Of a stretch of 64,000 nucleotides of DNA, positions 29,943-40,003 are shown in pieces. The notes beneath the pieces were generated by a model that ran no database searches, was not told where the DNA came from, and worked only from the letters and a program-made list of their open reading frames with translations. Both the position numbers and the translations under genes were made by a program. Source of the DNA: an uncultured Thermoplasmata archaeon (GTDB lineage Archaea; Thermoplasmatota; Thermoplasmata; UBA10834); assembly GCA_963719945.1 (NCBI GenBank), contig CAVRDX010000004.1, positions 1-64,000 of the forward strand, in the 5' to 3' direction. Every line of letters starts with the position of its first letter. Within the stretch, counting starts at the first letter, position 1.

Positions 29943-31003
29943 TTGGCACTCACCGTAACCAGCTGATTAAGCACTTCAAGGAATCTGTCCAGAAGGTCCC
30001 TGGGCCCTACGGTCACCCTGATGTGGTCCTTCATCATTGGGAACGAGCTGCAGTCCCTGATCGCTATCCCTCGATCCCTCAAGGCCGAGACTAAAAGAGT
30101 GCTCTCGATCGGGCATTTTGCTATGACGAAATTGCACACGGAAGGATATGTCTCAAACCCCATCGCTCTAAGCTTACGGTCAAGATAGGTCCTCTGAGAC
30201 TTCATCTCCACAACCATCGCCTTCACCCAATCGCCATTGTCCATGGCCTTGATTGCGACGGCCTCGGTGAATGAATTGAGGCCGAAAGGTGTCCTGACCC
30301 GTCTCAACTCGTTGATTGTCTCCTCACGTGCGAGCGCGAACCCTGCTCTCAATCCGGCGAGGCCATATGCCTTCGAGAATGTGCGGATGTCGAGCGCGGA
30401 CGAACTCGTCATGACATCTTCGATCATACGGGTCCCGCTGAAATCGCTGTACGCCTCGTCCACCATGACCACGCCTTCGGATTCGGTCAATATCGTCCTG
30501 ATAGCATCCATTCCGAAGAGGTTTGCGGTGGGATTGTTTGGCTGGCATATCGCCGTCAGTTTCGCCTTCTGAGCGAGGATCTGGTCGACGTCCATCGAGA
30601 AATCTGGTCGGAGGAGCACCTCGCATATTGTCGCAAGGTTGACCCGTGCATAGAACCTGTACATCCCGAAGGTCGGGGATGGCGAGCAAAATCTGTCCCC
30701 AGGGTTGATGAAAGTCTTTGAGACTATGTCCAGCAATTCATCGGACCCGTTGCCGACTATCACTTCCGTTGGAGATAGACCGTATTCGGATGCGATACGA
30801 TCCCGAAGGGAATCCGAGTTCTCGCTAGGGTATGCCCACAGCCTAGAAAAGTCGAATTCTTCCGCCGCGTCCATCACCGCAGGGTTCACGCCGAACAGGT
30901 TGGCGTTGTCGTTCAGAAGGACCATGTCCTTCTTGGCAATCGAATAGGAGGGTCTGGAGAGTGTCTCCAGGGTCCTCCGTCTTAGCTCTCCGATCGATGT
31001 CAT
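29939..31003 (-). CDS. hisC: Histidinol-phosphate aminotransferase
   Basis: GNGSDE, PNNPT, DEAY, RTFSKAYGLAGLR. Confidence 0.95.
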   Translation of the reverse strand: MTSIGELRRRTLETLSRPSYSIAKKDMVLLNDNANLFGVNPAVMDAAEEFDFSRLWAYPSENSDSLRDRIASEYGLSPTEVIVGNGSDELLDIVSKTFINPGDRFCSPSPTFGMYRFYARVNLATICEVLLRPDFSMDVDQILAQKAKLTAICQPNNPTANLFGMDAIRTILTESEGVVMVDEAYSDFSGTRMIEDVMTSSSALDIRTFSKAYGLAGLRAGFALAREETINELRRVRTPFGLNSFTEAVAIKAMDNGDWVKAMVVEMKSQRTYLDRKLRAMGFETYPSVCNFVIAKCPIESTLLVSALRDRGIAIRDCSSFPMMKDHIRVTVGPRDLLDRFLEVLNQLVTVSAK

Positions 31004-32286
31004 CTCCTCACCTTCCTCGCGCGTGCGCACGCAGCGTCAGCATGTGCAGGAAGCCCCTCAGATAGTGCCATCAGCCGAGCTGTCTCAGATAGCTTAGACG
31101 CTCCCTTCCGGGTCAACATCTGGTATGGGACTATCTTGACGAAATCATAGGTCGACAGGGAGGATTTCATCGCTGCGACGCCTTTCGTTGGCAATATGTG
31201 ATTCGTTCCTGCACAGTAATCACCGAATGCGACCGATGAATAGCGGCCAAGGAACACTGACCCTGCATTATCTATCGACTTCAGGACCCCTTTAGGATTT
31301 CGGACATCTATTACCAAGTGTTCGGGAGCGTAACTGTTGGAGAATTCAACTGCAGAATTCATATCCTTAGCCTTGATGAATATGGCTCCACGTAACGATG
31401 ACCGATCAACGATCTCTTTCCGAACAGCAGATGATATCAGGTCGCCAAGGATCCTCGATGAGGACTCGATCATCCTTTTCGAGTCGGTCACCAGCACCGC
31501 CCTTGCCAGAGGATCGTGCTCCAGCTGCGCCAGCATCTCACCCGCGATGAATTCTGGGTCAGCATGATCGTCTGCGATTACCAGCACCTCAGATGGCCCT
31601 GCAAGGAAATCTATCTCGCAATCATTTCTCACGAGCAACTTCGCCGCGGTGACGAATGCCCCACCCGGTCCGACAATCTTCTGCACTCGTCGTATCGTTT
31701 CAGTACCGTAGGCCATGGCAGCCACCGCTTGTGCCCCACCGACAGAATATACTTCGGTTACGCCACACATCCTGGCAGCTGCCAGGATAGGATCGGCCAC
31801 CTTCCCGGCTCTCCCAGGAGTGCACATTGCTATCTCCTTGACACCGGAGAGCTTCGCGGGAATACACGCCATAAGAACGGAGGAGGAATAGTTCGCGGTT
31901 CCGCCTGGCACATAGATACCGACCCTCTCGAGAGGCACCACGCGCTGTCCCATGACGCCGCAATCATCTTCGTATTCGAACGGCTGAATTGTCTGCTTGG
32001 AATGGAACTTCTCGATCCTGGCTTTTGACCTCTTCATAGCCTGAAGAAGGGGCTTAGAGAGTCTCCTCTGAGCTGCAGCCAGCTCCGATTCCGGAACCCG
32101 GATCGCATTGCCTCGGAACCCTTCGAACTGTTCTGAGAACCTCAGGAGCGACTCGTCTCCATTCGCACGGACTTGATCTATTATGTCCATGGCGGATGAA
32201 AGGGCTGGCGTGAGGTCCACATCCTCTCTCTCAAGGACCGATCGCAACTCCTTGGAGGTCATCTTAGATAACGTGTATTTCAACAT
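31000..32286 (-). CDS. hisD: Histidinol dehydrogenase
   Basis: YVPGG, GGAQA, AGPSE, QLEHD, APEHL, GTNHILPT. Confidence 0.97.
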   Translation of the reverse strand: MLKYTLSKMTSKELRSVLEREDVDLTPALSSAMDIIDQVRANGDESLLRFSEQFEGFRGNAIRVPESELAAAQRRLSKPLLQAMKRSKARIEKFHSKQTIQPFEYEDDCGVMGQRVVPLERVGIYVPGGTANYSSSVLMACIPAKLSGVKEIAMCTPGRAGKVADPILAAARMCGVTEVYSVGGAQAVAAMAYGTETIRRVQKIVGPGGAFVTAAKLLVRNDCEIDFLAGPSEVLVIADDHADPEFIAGEMLAQLEHDPLARAVLVTDSKRMIESSSRILGDLISSAVRKEIVDRSSLRGAIFIKAKDMNSAVEFSNSYAPEHLVIDVRNPKGVLKSIDNAGSVFLGRYSSVAFGDYCAGTNHILPTKGVAAMKSSLSTYDFVKIVPYQMLTRKGASKLSETARLMALSEGLPAHADAACARARKVRR

Positions 32287-32287
32287 G

Positions 32288-33154
32288 TCACAGTACCATC
32301 CTGTCTATCGGCATCACAAGGATCCCCGTCGCTCCTATGCCCTTCAGCATCGCGATGACCCCATTGACCTCGTCCTCGTTCGCAACTGCGTGTATCGCCA
32401 CGACATCGTCCCGACCTATGATGTTCATCACCGTCGGTCCGGAGACACCTGGCAGAAGCGTGTCGAGGCTGGCCAGCTTGTCCTTTGGGACATTGGCCAT
32501 CAGGTATCGCTTCCTCGAAGCATTCATGACACTCTCTAGAGCGCTTGTGATCTCATCCATCCGGATCTTCTTCTCTTCTATGGATTTCGGGTTCGCAATG
32601 AGGACGGCGACAGAGTCCAATACGACGCCTATCTCCTTCAGGTGATTCAACTTCAAGGTCGACCCTGTCTCGGTAAGATCCGTAATTATCTCCGCAAGGC
32701 CTATCCTGGGTGCGACTTCCGTTGCCCCCGAGACCTCAGCGGTCTCGACCTTCTTCCCGATCCCTTGGAAGAATTCCTTGGTCAGGTTTGGGAAGGATGT
32801 CGCCACCATGGACCCATCCTTGACATCTGACACTTTCTGGATGGATGATTCTTCAGGAACCGCAACCACCAATCGGCATTTCCCGAAATCGAGATCCATC
32901 ATTCGTTCCACATTTCTCTTCGTCTCGAGAAGGATATCGAGTCCTGTGATACCGAGGTCTGCGGCCCCCATCTCGACGAATTCGGGAATATCCTGGGCAC
33001 GTGCCATAAGAACCTGATACCTACCCTTGCTGAACTCCGCCAGCAGTGTTCTGCTGCTCGAGTCTGGGACCGAGAAACCGATCCTGTTCATCAATCTGAC
33101 TGCGCTGCTGTTCAATCTCCCCTTGTTCGGGAGGGCAATCCTGAGTGCACTCAT
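32288..33154 (-). CDS. hisG: ATP phosphoribosyltransferase (long form)
   Basis: IALPNKGRL, DLGITGLD, GATE, TETGSTL, C-terminal regulatory domain. Confidence 0.97.
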   Translation of the reverse strand: MSALRIALPNKGRLNSSAVRLMNRIGFSVPDSSSRTLLAEFSKGRYQVLMARAQDIPEFVEMGAADLGITGLDILLETKRNVERMMDLDFGKCRLVVAVPEESSIQKVSDVKDGSMVATSFPNLTKEFFQGIGKKVETAEVSGATEVAPRIGLAEIITDLTETGSTLKLNHLKEIGVVLDSVAVLIANPKSIEEKKIRMDEITSALESVMNASRKRYLMANVPKDKLASLDTLLPGVSGPTVMNIIGRDDVVAIHAVANEDEVNGVIAMLKGIGATGILVMPIDRMVL

Positions 33155-33468
33155 GCCAAATCCACCTCGGGTCCATGATTTTGTCGAGCGGAAAGATAGC
33201 TCAAGCTGGGCCTCATATTCATGTAAAAACCATTTCTTGAGCTCTGGCTGGGGCGTGTGTCATCACGCGTGAAGACTACCATACACGACTCTTGATGTGG
33301 CCATGTCCTTTCGCCTCTAGCAGATTCTCGAAGACTGCAACGATATTTATGTGTTCCGTCGAGAATTAGACTCTGGCTGCACATGAATGTACATAGAGAA
33401 TGGGGCAATCCATTGGTCTGGCGTCGGCTACCCTCAATATAGAGAGTATTCTAGATCAACACGGAAAA

Positions 33469-33636
33469 TCATGTCGGATAGAGCGCCCCGAACACCAAGA
33501 CTATAGCAGATACCGCTATACAGAGAGCTATCACGAGCCAAGGATGCACCTTGAGCGCCTTGTCATCCTCTGAATCGAAATACCTGATAAGACCGGCCGC
33601 GGAGTGAAATCCCTCGCCTTTCTTGTTCTTCGCCAT
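33469..33636 (-). CDS. secG: Preprotein translocase subunit Sec61beta (55 aa, absent from the ORF track)
   Basis: Manual translation MAKNKKGEGFHSAAGLIRYFDSEDDKALKVHPWLVIALCIAVSAIVLVFGALYPT: SAAGLIRYF motif plus one C-terminal TM. Confidence 0.92.
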   Translation of the reverse strand: MAKNKKGEGFHSAAGLIRYFDSEDDKALKVHPWLVIALCIAVSAIVLVFGALYPT

Positions 33637-33859
33637 AGGCCTCGTCAAGGCCTATTGAAGGGTTCACTATATAAGGGTTTACCGGCATTGGATGATGCAA
33701 TTCGAATGACTTTCGATGATTCTCGCCATAACGAAAAGCATTATATAACGTGCAAGATAATTGACACAGCCCCATCTGGCTTGATACTGTTCGGACCTGA
33801 TGATAGGGCGAGTGCGCATCTAGAAGTGCGATTGATGCCACGGGATCGGAGGTTGTAAT

Positions 33860-34228
33860 ATAGCTACCGTATTCCTCGTCGATGATGAGAAGTTCATCGT
33901 CGACCTGTACCGAGACATCCTTGAAGCGAACGGACACTCCGTCGTAGCCGTCGCTTCGGACGGCGAGGAGGCCGTCAGGAAATACAAGGAGATGGCGGAG
34001 AAACCTGTGGTCATAATCATGGATCAGAGGATGCCCATAAAAGATGGGGTCAGTGCGACGCAGGAGATTTTGAAGATGGACCCCGGTGCGACAATATTCT
34101 TCGGGAGCGCGGACCTTCATATAGAGAAGGAAGCTCTCGCAGCAGGGGCCAAAGGTTTCCTTCTCAAGCCTTTCAGGATAGAGGAGCTTCTGGAAGCAAT
34201 CGCAGAGGCGGAAAAAGGGAAGAAGTAG
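33860..34228 (+). CDS. Stand-alone CheY-like response regulator, apparent ATA start
   Basis: In-frame extension IATVFLVDDEKFIVDLY; MDQRMP phospho-site; FLLKPF. Confidence 0.88.
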   Translation: MATVFLVDDEKFIVDLYRDILEANGHSVVAVASDGEEAVRKYKEMAEKPVVIIMDQRMPIKDGVSATQEILKMDPGATIFFGSADLHIEKEALAAGAKGFLLKPFRIEELLEAIAEAEKGKK

Positions 34229-34383
34229 TAGCGGAGCTTGCTTTATTTATTGCAGGCTTCGACCGAGGTGAATTGCATGAGAGCGAGTGAGAACGAGAGC
34301 GGGAGAATGGCCCTGACTGGGGGTCGCTTACTTTTAAGTACGACCTTCGGCTATGAGAACGCAACCTTGGAGAGGGATGCCTG

Positions 34384-35868
34384 ATGGCGGAACAGGAGAG
34401 CGATTTGAAGGCTCAGATGAGGAGCAAGCTCGAAGTCCTGAAGAGTAAGGGGCTGGACCCGTATCAGAAATACAGGTTCATTCGCACCCATGACAGCGAG
34501 AGTGTGAAGCGAGAGTTCAAGGATATTGGCGCGGAGAAGAGCCCTGCGGAGGTATCGACTGCAGGCAGGGTCATGGCAGTCCGCATCCATGGAAAGGCGG
34601 GCTTTGCTGACCTCGTAGACAGAGAAGGCAAGGTACAGCTCTATTTCAAACTGAATGACATAGGCCAAGACATCTGGGACCTGTTCACATCACTCGATCG
34701 CGGCGATATAGTCGGAGTCAAAGGTAATGTCTTCAGGACAAAGATGGGAGAGGTGACCGTTGCGGTCAGCACCCTTGAAGTCTTATCGAAGGCGCTGATA
34801 CCATTCCCGGAGAAATTCCACGGGCTACAGGATGTTCAGACAAGGTACAGGCAGAGGTACCTCGACCTCGCAATCAACGATGATGTAAGAAAGAGATTCA
34901 TAAACAGGAGCAAGCTGGTCGCCTACTTCAGGGAGTGGTTGAACAAGAGGGGGTTCCTCGAAGTCGAGACGCCGATACTGCAGCCCTTGTACGGAGGTGC
35001 TCTGGCGAGGCCTTTTGTGACACACCACAACTACCTGGACATGGACCTATACCTCAGGATTGCCCCTGAGCTCTATCACAAGAGATGCATAGTCGGCAAC
35101 CTGGAGAAGGTCTACGAGATCGGCAAGAACTTCAGGAACGAGGACATAGATGCTCAGCATTATCCGGAATACACTTCGATGGAGCTCTATCAGGCATATG
35201 CGGACTATGAGGATATAATGGACCTGACAGAGTCGCTCATCTGCGATACCGCGATGCACATAACTGGAAAGGACCAGATCCCATACGGAGACAAAGTGCT
35301 GGATTTCTCGAAACCGTGGCTTAGAATAACGATGCACGATGCAGTCAAGAAGCACACAGGAATCGACATATCATCATTCGGATCGGTCGAAGAGGCTCGA
35401 GAGGCTGCTGTGAAGATCGGCGTAAGGGATATAGCAGATTGTCAGGACATGGGCAAGATCGTCGCCGAGATATTCGACCAGAAGGCGCAGCCCCATCTGA
35501 TCAACCCGACCTTCGTGATAGATCATCCGGTGGAAGTATCCCCATTGGCAAAACGGAAGCGCGGGAACCCTGACCTCGTCGAGAGGTTCGAACTGTTCAT
35601 AAACGGATGGGAATTCGCCAACGCATTCTCAGAACTCAACGATCCTGAAGAGCAGGAACAGAGATTCAGGGAACAGGATAGGCTTCGCAAGGAAGGAGAC
35701 GAGGAGGCACATCCGATCGACCTCGATTACATCCGGGCTTTAGAATACGGCCTACCGCCGACAGGTGGACTTGGCATAGGCGTCGATCGACTCGCCATGA
35801 TATTGACGGATGCCCCCTCGATAAAGGAAGTCATACTGTTCCCGCACATGAAACCAGAGACCATGTAG
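34384..35868 (+). CDS. lysS: Lysyl-tRNA synthetase, class II
   Basis: OB anticodon domain, RYRQRYLDL, YLRIAPEL, FRNE, GLPPTGGLGIGVDRL. Confidence 0.97.
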   Translation: MAEQESDLKAQMRSKLEVLKSKGLDPYQKYRFIRTHDSESVKREFKDIGAEKSPAEVSTAGRVMAVRIHGKAGFADLVDREGKVQLYFKLNDIGQDIWDLFTSLDRGDIVGVKGNVFRTKMGEVTVAVSTLEVLSKALIPFPEKFHGLQDVQTRYRQRYLDLAINDDVRKRFINRSKLVAYFREWLNKRGFLEVETPILQPLYGGALARPFVTHHNYLDMDLYLRIAPELYHKRCIVGNLEKVYEIGKNFRNEDIDAQHYPEYTSMELYQAYADYEDIMDLTESLICDTAMHITGKDQIPYGDKVLDFSKPWLRITMHDAVKKHTGIDISSFGSVEEAREAAVKIGVRDIADCQDMGKIVAEIFDQKAQPHLINPTFVIDHPVEVSPLAKRKRGNPDLVERFELFINGWEFANAFSELNDPEEQEQRFREQDRLRKEGDEEAHPIDLDYIRALEYGLPPTGGLGIGVDRLAMILTDAPSIKEVILFPHMKPETM

Positions 35869-35870
35869 AA

Positions 35871-36722
35871 GTGACGCGAATGGCTTTGCAGGGCACATTG
35901 ATAAGGCACATGGACAGGACAGAGCTGGACGAGCTGATCGACGCGCAGAACGAGATATTCGCAGACTACATCGTTCCCATGAAGTCGAGCAGGGAGTTCT
36001 GGATGGACTTCCTCAGGTCCGTCGGAGGAGACTCCGCGAATGTATTGGTCGCTGTCGACAAGGGCAGGATAATCGGATATGTCAACCCTGTGATCGACGG
36101 AGAGGAAGCTTGGGTCGGCGGAGTTGGAGTCGTTCCCGAGTTCAGGCGCAGAGGTCTTGGTCGAAAACTGATGATTGAAGCAGAGGTATTCTCCCGCAAG
36201 ATGGGAGCCAAGGAGATCAGCCTGGAAGTGATTCAGGGGAATGGAAAGGCGGAGGACCTCTACAAGTCGATGGAGTACCATGAAAGCAATGTCTTCGTAT
36301 GTGCTGACGGCAAACCCCAGCAGTCCTCTGGTTTTGGGATAGCACCCGAGAAGGCAACCCTTCAGGACATCGTGAGCATCCACGAGAAATCATATAGGAA
36401 TAGTTGCTGGCAGAGGCGCAAGATCCATGGCCTCATGATGATCGCCAGGAATTCTGAGTGCTACAAGGTCAAAGGTGGATTCGTGATGGTCCGAAGAGTA
36501 GAGAACAACGGATTCATACCTTACCTAGGCGTCGTCCCAGATAAGCGCGGCCAGGGGATAGGCACCGCACTCATGAGGTTCGCGCTCAACAGGCTCTTCG
36601 AGAGGGGCGTGTTCAAGACTGGGCTATACAACATCAATGACGAGCTGCCAGTGCAGCGATTGCTGGACAAGTTCGATTTCCATGTGACCCTGAAACAGAC
36701 AGAGATGCGCAAGCGCCTTTGA
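35871..36722 (+). CDS. Tandem-GNAT acetyltransferase
   Basis: Two acetyl-CoA motifs: VVPEFRRRGLG and VVPDKRGQGIG. Confidence 0.88.
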   Translation: MTRMALQGTLIRHMDRTELDELIDAQNEIFADYIVPMKSSREFWMDFLRSVGGDSANVLVAVDKGRIIGYVNPVIDGEEAWVGGVGVVPEFRRRGLGRKLMIEAEVFSRKMGAKEISLEVIQGNGKAEDLYKSMEYHESNVFVCADGKPQQSSGFGIAPEKATLQDIVSIHEKSYRNSCWQRRKIHGLMMIARNSECYKVKGGFVMVRRVENNGFIPYLGVVPDKRGQGIGTALMRFALNRLFERGVFKTGLYNINDELPVQRLLDKFDFHVTLKQTEMRKRL

Positions 36723-36810
36723 AGGATCACCCTGCTCGATCAGGGTCGGAAAAACGAAACACAAAAGGGTTTTGATAAAAACGAAGGGATGGTGAGGATG
36801 CTCGAGATCC

Positions 36811-37704
36811 TCACTGTTTGCACTGGGCGTACTTCTCGTCGGCCGCCCACTTCTTATTGACCCAGTCCTGAATCTTCTTGATGTCGTCCTCGGTCAAGTG
36901 TCTGAACCGTCCCTGTGGTTTCAGGTATTCGGTCACCGGAGTCATCTTCGGCTTCCTGTTTATGGTTACCTTGCCGTTCTCCGACTCGTAGAGCGTCCAC
37001 ATGCCCGTATCGACCGCGAGCTTGCACATCTCGATCGTCTTTGCCGTGTCGTGCCTCCATCCTGTGGGGCACGGGGTAAAGACCTGGATGTATCTGAATC
37101 CCTTGATCTTCTTGGCCTTCTCGAACTTGTTGATGAAGTCCTGGATATGACCTATCGATGCAGTCGCGACATAAGGCACATTGTGTGCCATCATTATCTG
37201 TGGCATGTCCTTCTTGAAGTTCTCCTTCCCGGACTTCACAGACCCGACAGGTGTCGTCGTCGTCCATGCTCCATAGGGTGTCGAACCGGACCTCTGGATA
37301 CCAGTGTTCATGTACGCTTCGTTATCGTACATCACATAGAGTATGTCCTCGTTCCTCTCGGCCGCACCGGACAACGCCTGCATTCCGATATCCGCAGTTC
37401 CGCCGTCACCGGCGATACCCATCACGAGGGTGTCGTCCATTCCGCGCGCTTTCAAGGCACGCTTTATGCCTGTAGCGCATGCCGCAGTGTTCTCGAATGC
37501 GACATGGTGGAACGGGACCTTCCATGCGATGTTCGGGTATGTGGCTCCGAATATGAGCAGGCAGCATGCGGGGTTGACCACTACGGTGTTCTTCCCGAGT
37601 ATCTTCATCAGATTCCTGACAGCCACTGCCCCTCCGCAACCGGCGCATGCGGTATGTCCCCGGGTGAACAGTTCTTCATCTGGAAGTTCCTTGAGTTTCA
37701 TCAC
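36811..37704 (-). CDS. porB: 2-oxoacid:ferredoxin oxidoreductase beta subunit
   Basis: ACAGCG, GDGGTADIG, DNEAYMNTGIQRS, PCPTGW. Confidence 0.93.
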   Translation of the reverse strand: MMKLKELPDEELFTRGHTACAGCGGAVAVRNLMKILGKNTVVVNPACCLLIFGATYPNIAWKVPFHHVAFENTAACATGIKRALKARGMDDTLVMGIAGDGGTADIGMQALSGAAERNEDILYVMYDNEAYMNTGIQRSGSTPYGAWTTTTPVGSVKSGKENFKKDMPQIMMAHNVPYVATASIGHIQDFINKFEKAKKIKGFRYIQVFTPCPTGWRHDTAKTIEMCKLAVDTGMWTLYESENGKVTINRKPKMTPVTEYLKPQGRFRHLTEDDIKKIQDWVNKKWAADEKYAQCKQ

Positions 37705-38879
37705 TCCACCCCCCTTGTGTTGAGCCAGACGATCTCCTTCTTGACCACACCAGTCTTTGCGATCTCCAGCAGTTTATCGAATATCGAACGGATATCGGCC
37801 AGCGAGACATCGTTGCCCCCGAGGCCGCCTATGACGTTCATCGTGGGCACATCGAGACCATATGCAGCGTTTCTGAACTCTATGAAAGACGGCCCAGCGA
37901 CTCCGTACGAAACCGCACGGTCGAAGACCCCGACAGCTTTCACCTTCTCTGCGATCTTTCGCAACTGTGCCGCAGGGTATGGCCTCCAGAACCTGAGCTT
38001 GACCATGCCCACTTTCTTGCCTTCCGCCCTCATCGTATCCACGACCTCATGAGTCGTAGACCCAACAGTGCCCAGAGTGATCAGGACCACATCGGCGTCA
38101 TCACACATGTACGGGTCTATCATCCCGCCGTAATCCCTGCCGAACTCCTTGGCGAACGCCTTGTTGACCTCTTCGATCACCTTTGGCGCCTGGCGCATCG
38201 CATTGTCCATCTGCCACCGGCATTCCATCATATATTCCGGTGGAACGAATACTCCGACGGCTGTGGGATCATTTGGATCGAGTATCGGGCTTGGCGGAGT
38301 GTATTTCGGGAGGAACCTATCGGCATCCTCCTGGCACATAAGATCGACTGGCTCGACCGTATGCGATAGGATGAATGCATCCAGACAGACGGCCATCGGT
38401 AGCGCGACGCGCTTATCCTCGGCGATCCTGAATGCTTGCAGGATCATGTCCTGGACTTCCTGGTTGTGGTCGCAGAAGACCTGCAGCCAGCCAGAATCTC
38501 GCTCGGGCATGATATCGTTGTGCTCCACCCAGATGTTTATCGGGGCAGCGATCGCACGGTTGACGACTGACATCACGATAGGCAGTCTCAGTCCGCTTGC
38601 GATTGGCAGGATCTCGTGCATCAACGCCAATCCCTGGGAAGATGTCGCAGTGAATGTGCGCACACCAGTCGCGCTCGCAGAGACGCATGCACTCATGGCC
38701 GAATGTTCGCTCTCCACTTCGATGTATTCTGAGTCCAACTCACCGTTGTTGATGAACTCGGACAAGTGCTCGACTATGAACGTTTGAGGCGTGATCGGAT
38801 ATGCCGCCACCGTTCTGACTCTGCTCCTCATCGCACCGTATGCAGCTGCATAGTTACCAGTGACAATCTTGTGAACCAT
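37701..38879 (-). CDS. porA: 2-oxoacid:ferredoxin oxidoreductase alpha subunit
   Basis: AYPITPQT, ESEHSA, ATSSQGL, LSHT. Confidence 0.93.
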   Translation of the reverse strand: MVHKIVTGNYAAAYGAMRSRVRTVAAYPITPQTFIVEHLSEFINNGELDSEYIEVESEHSAMSACVSASATGVRTFTATSSQGLALMHEILPIASGLRLPIVMSVVNRAIAAPINIWVEHNDIMPERDSGWLQVFCDHNQEVQDMILQAFRIAEDKRVALPMAVCLDAFILSHTVEPVDLMCQEDADRFLPKYTPPSPILDPNDPTAVGVFVPPEYMMECRWQMDNAMRQAPKVIEEVNKAFAKEFGRDYGGMIDPYMCDDADVVLITLGTVGSTTHEVVDTMRAEGKKVGMVKLRFWRPYPAAQLRKIAEKVKAVGVFDRAVSYGVAGPSFIEFRNAAYGLDVPTMNVIGGLGGNDVSLADIRSIFDKLLEIAKTGVVKKEIVWLNTRGVE

Positions 38880-38885
38880 GCCTCT

Positions 38886-39770
38886 TCACCTCACCATCTT
38901 TATGGCTTCAACGGGGCACTCGTTAGCACATATCCCGCAGCCCTTGCAGTAATCCATGTCGAATTCCATCTTCTCACCCTTCCGGTATATGCACCCTTCA
39001 GGGCAGTAGAACCAGCAGAAGTTGCACATCGTGCACTTTTCAACATCATACTCTGGTCTGAAAACCTTCCAGCTTCCAGTCTTGTTCTCAGTGAACGAAC
39101 CTGGACCTACCATGCCAGCGTCGGTCTTCTTGATGATGCCGGCAGCGCCCAGAGGCAGTTCATTTACATCTGGGAGCCACTTCTTGGCGGCCTTCAGAGG
39201 TCTATGACCATGCGACTCGCCAACGACCGTGCGCTCATAGGCGACCCTGGCCGCCTTCGCGTTCTTCTCACCGATCTTCGGACCTAGCCTGTCACCGAAC
39301 ACCTGCATGATTCCCTTCTCGATGGATTCGATAGTGACAAGGCCTGTCGCTTTCGCCAAAGCACCCAGGATCGATGAGTTCGTTGCGGGCTGTTTCAAGA
39401 CTTCCAGCGCAACGGAGGTAGCATCGACAGTGGCCAGCTTTACATCGATTCCCACATCGACCTCTTCGGGTTTTCTGGCAGTGTTCACGATCACTATGCC
39501 GCCCTTCTTCAGACCGTCGACCACGTTGACCGAATCAATCAGAGATTCGTCCAACACGACGACGAAGTCAGGTTCGTGCACCTGTGTCTTCCTGTAGATC
39601 CGCGTTTTATCAATTCTCGTAAACGCGAGCACCGGGGCACCCCTTCTTTCAGCCCCGAAAAATGGGAAGGCGGTTGCATATCCGCTTTCCTGGTGAGCGG
39701 CGCTCGCGAGTGCTTGCGCAGCCATGACAGCGCCCTGTCCGCCACGGCCATGGAATCGTACCTCGTACAT
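38886..39770 (-). CDS. porC: Fused gamma-delta subunit of 2-oxoacid:ferredoxin oxidoreductase
   Basis: HGRGGQG and FGAERRGAP (gamma), then [19 protein letters not shown] and [12 protein letters not shown] (delta). Confidence 0.92.
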   Translation of the reverse strand: MYEVRFHGRGGQGAVMAAQALASAAHQESGYATAFPFFGAERRGAPVLAFTRIDKTRIYRKTQVHEPDFVVVLDESLIDSVNVVDGLKKGGIVIVNTARKPEEVDVGIDVKLATVDATSVALEVLKQPATNSSILGALAKATGLVTIESIEKGIMQVFGDRLGPKIGEKNAKAARVAYERTVVGESHGHRPLKAAKKWLPDVNELPLGAAGIIKKTDAGMVGPGSFTENKTGSWKVFRPEYDVEKCTMCNFCWFYCPEGCIYRKGEKMEFDMDYCKGCGICANECPVEAIKMVR

Positions 39771-40003
39771 CCTTGAGCCTCGCACCTGTTTGAATGATTG
39801 GACCTATTTTAAGGCTTTCTGAGCAACCCCTAATGGTTCCGAAAAGCGTCCCTGAACGGTGATCCATGGACAAAACACAGATGTCAGAGAATGCCATCGC
39901 TGAAACGTCGAAAATCGAGTTTATCGAGAAGCGCACCGGCGAAAACTGAATAAGTCGTTTGGAGCCCAAACCTTTTTTGAGCTAGGAGGGGATTTGCCCG
40001 CAG

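Noticed and set aside
33151-33408. His attenuator leader peptide upstream of hisG
   Set aside because: No run of His codons in any short ORF; the 85-aa ORF spans the probable promoter.
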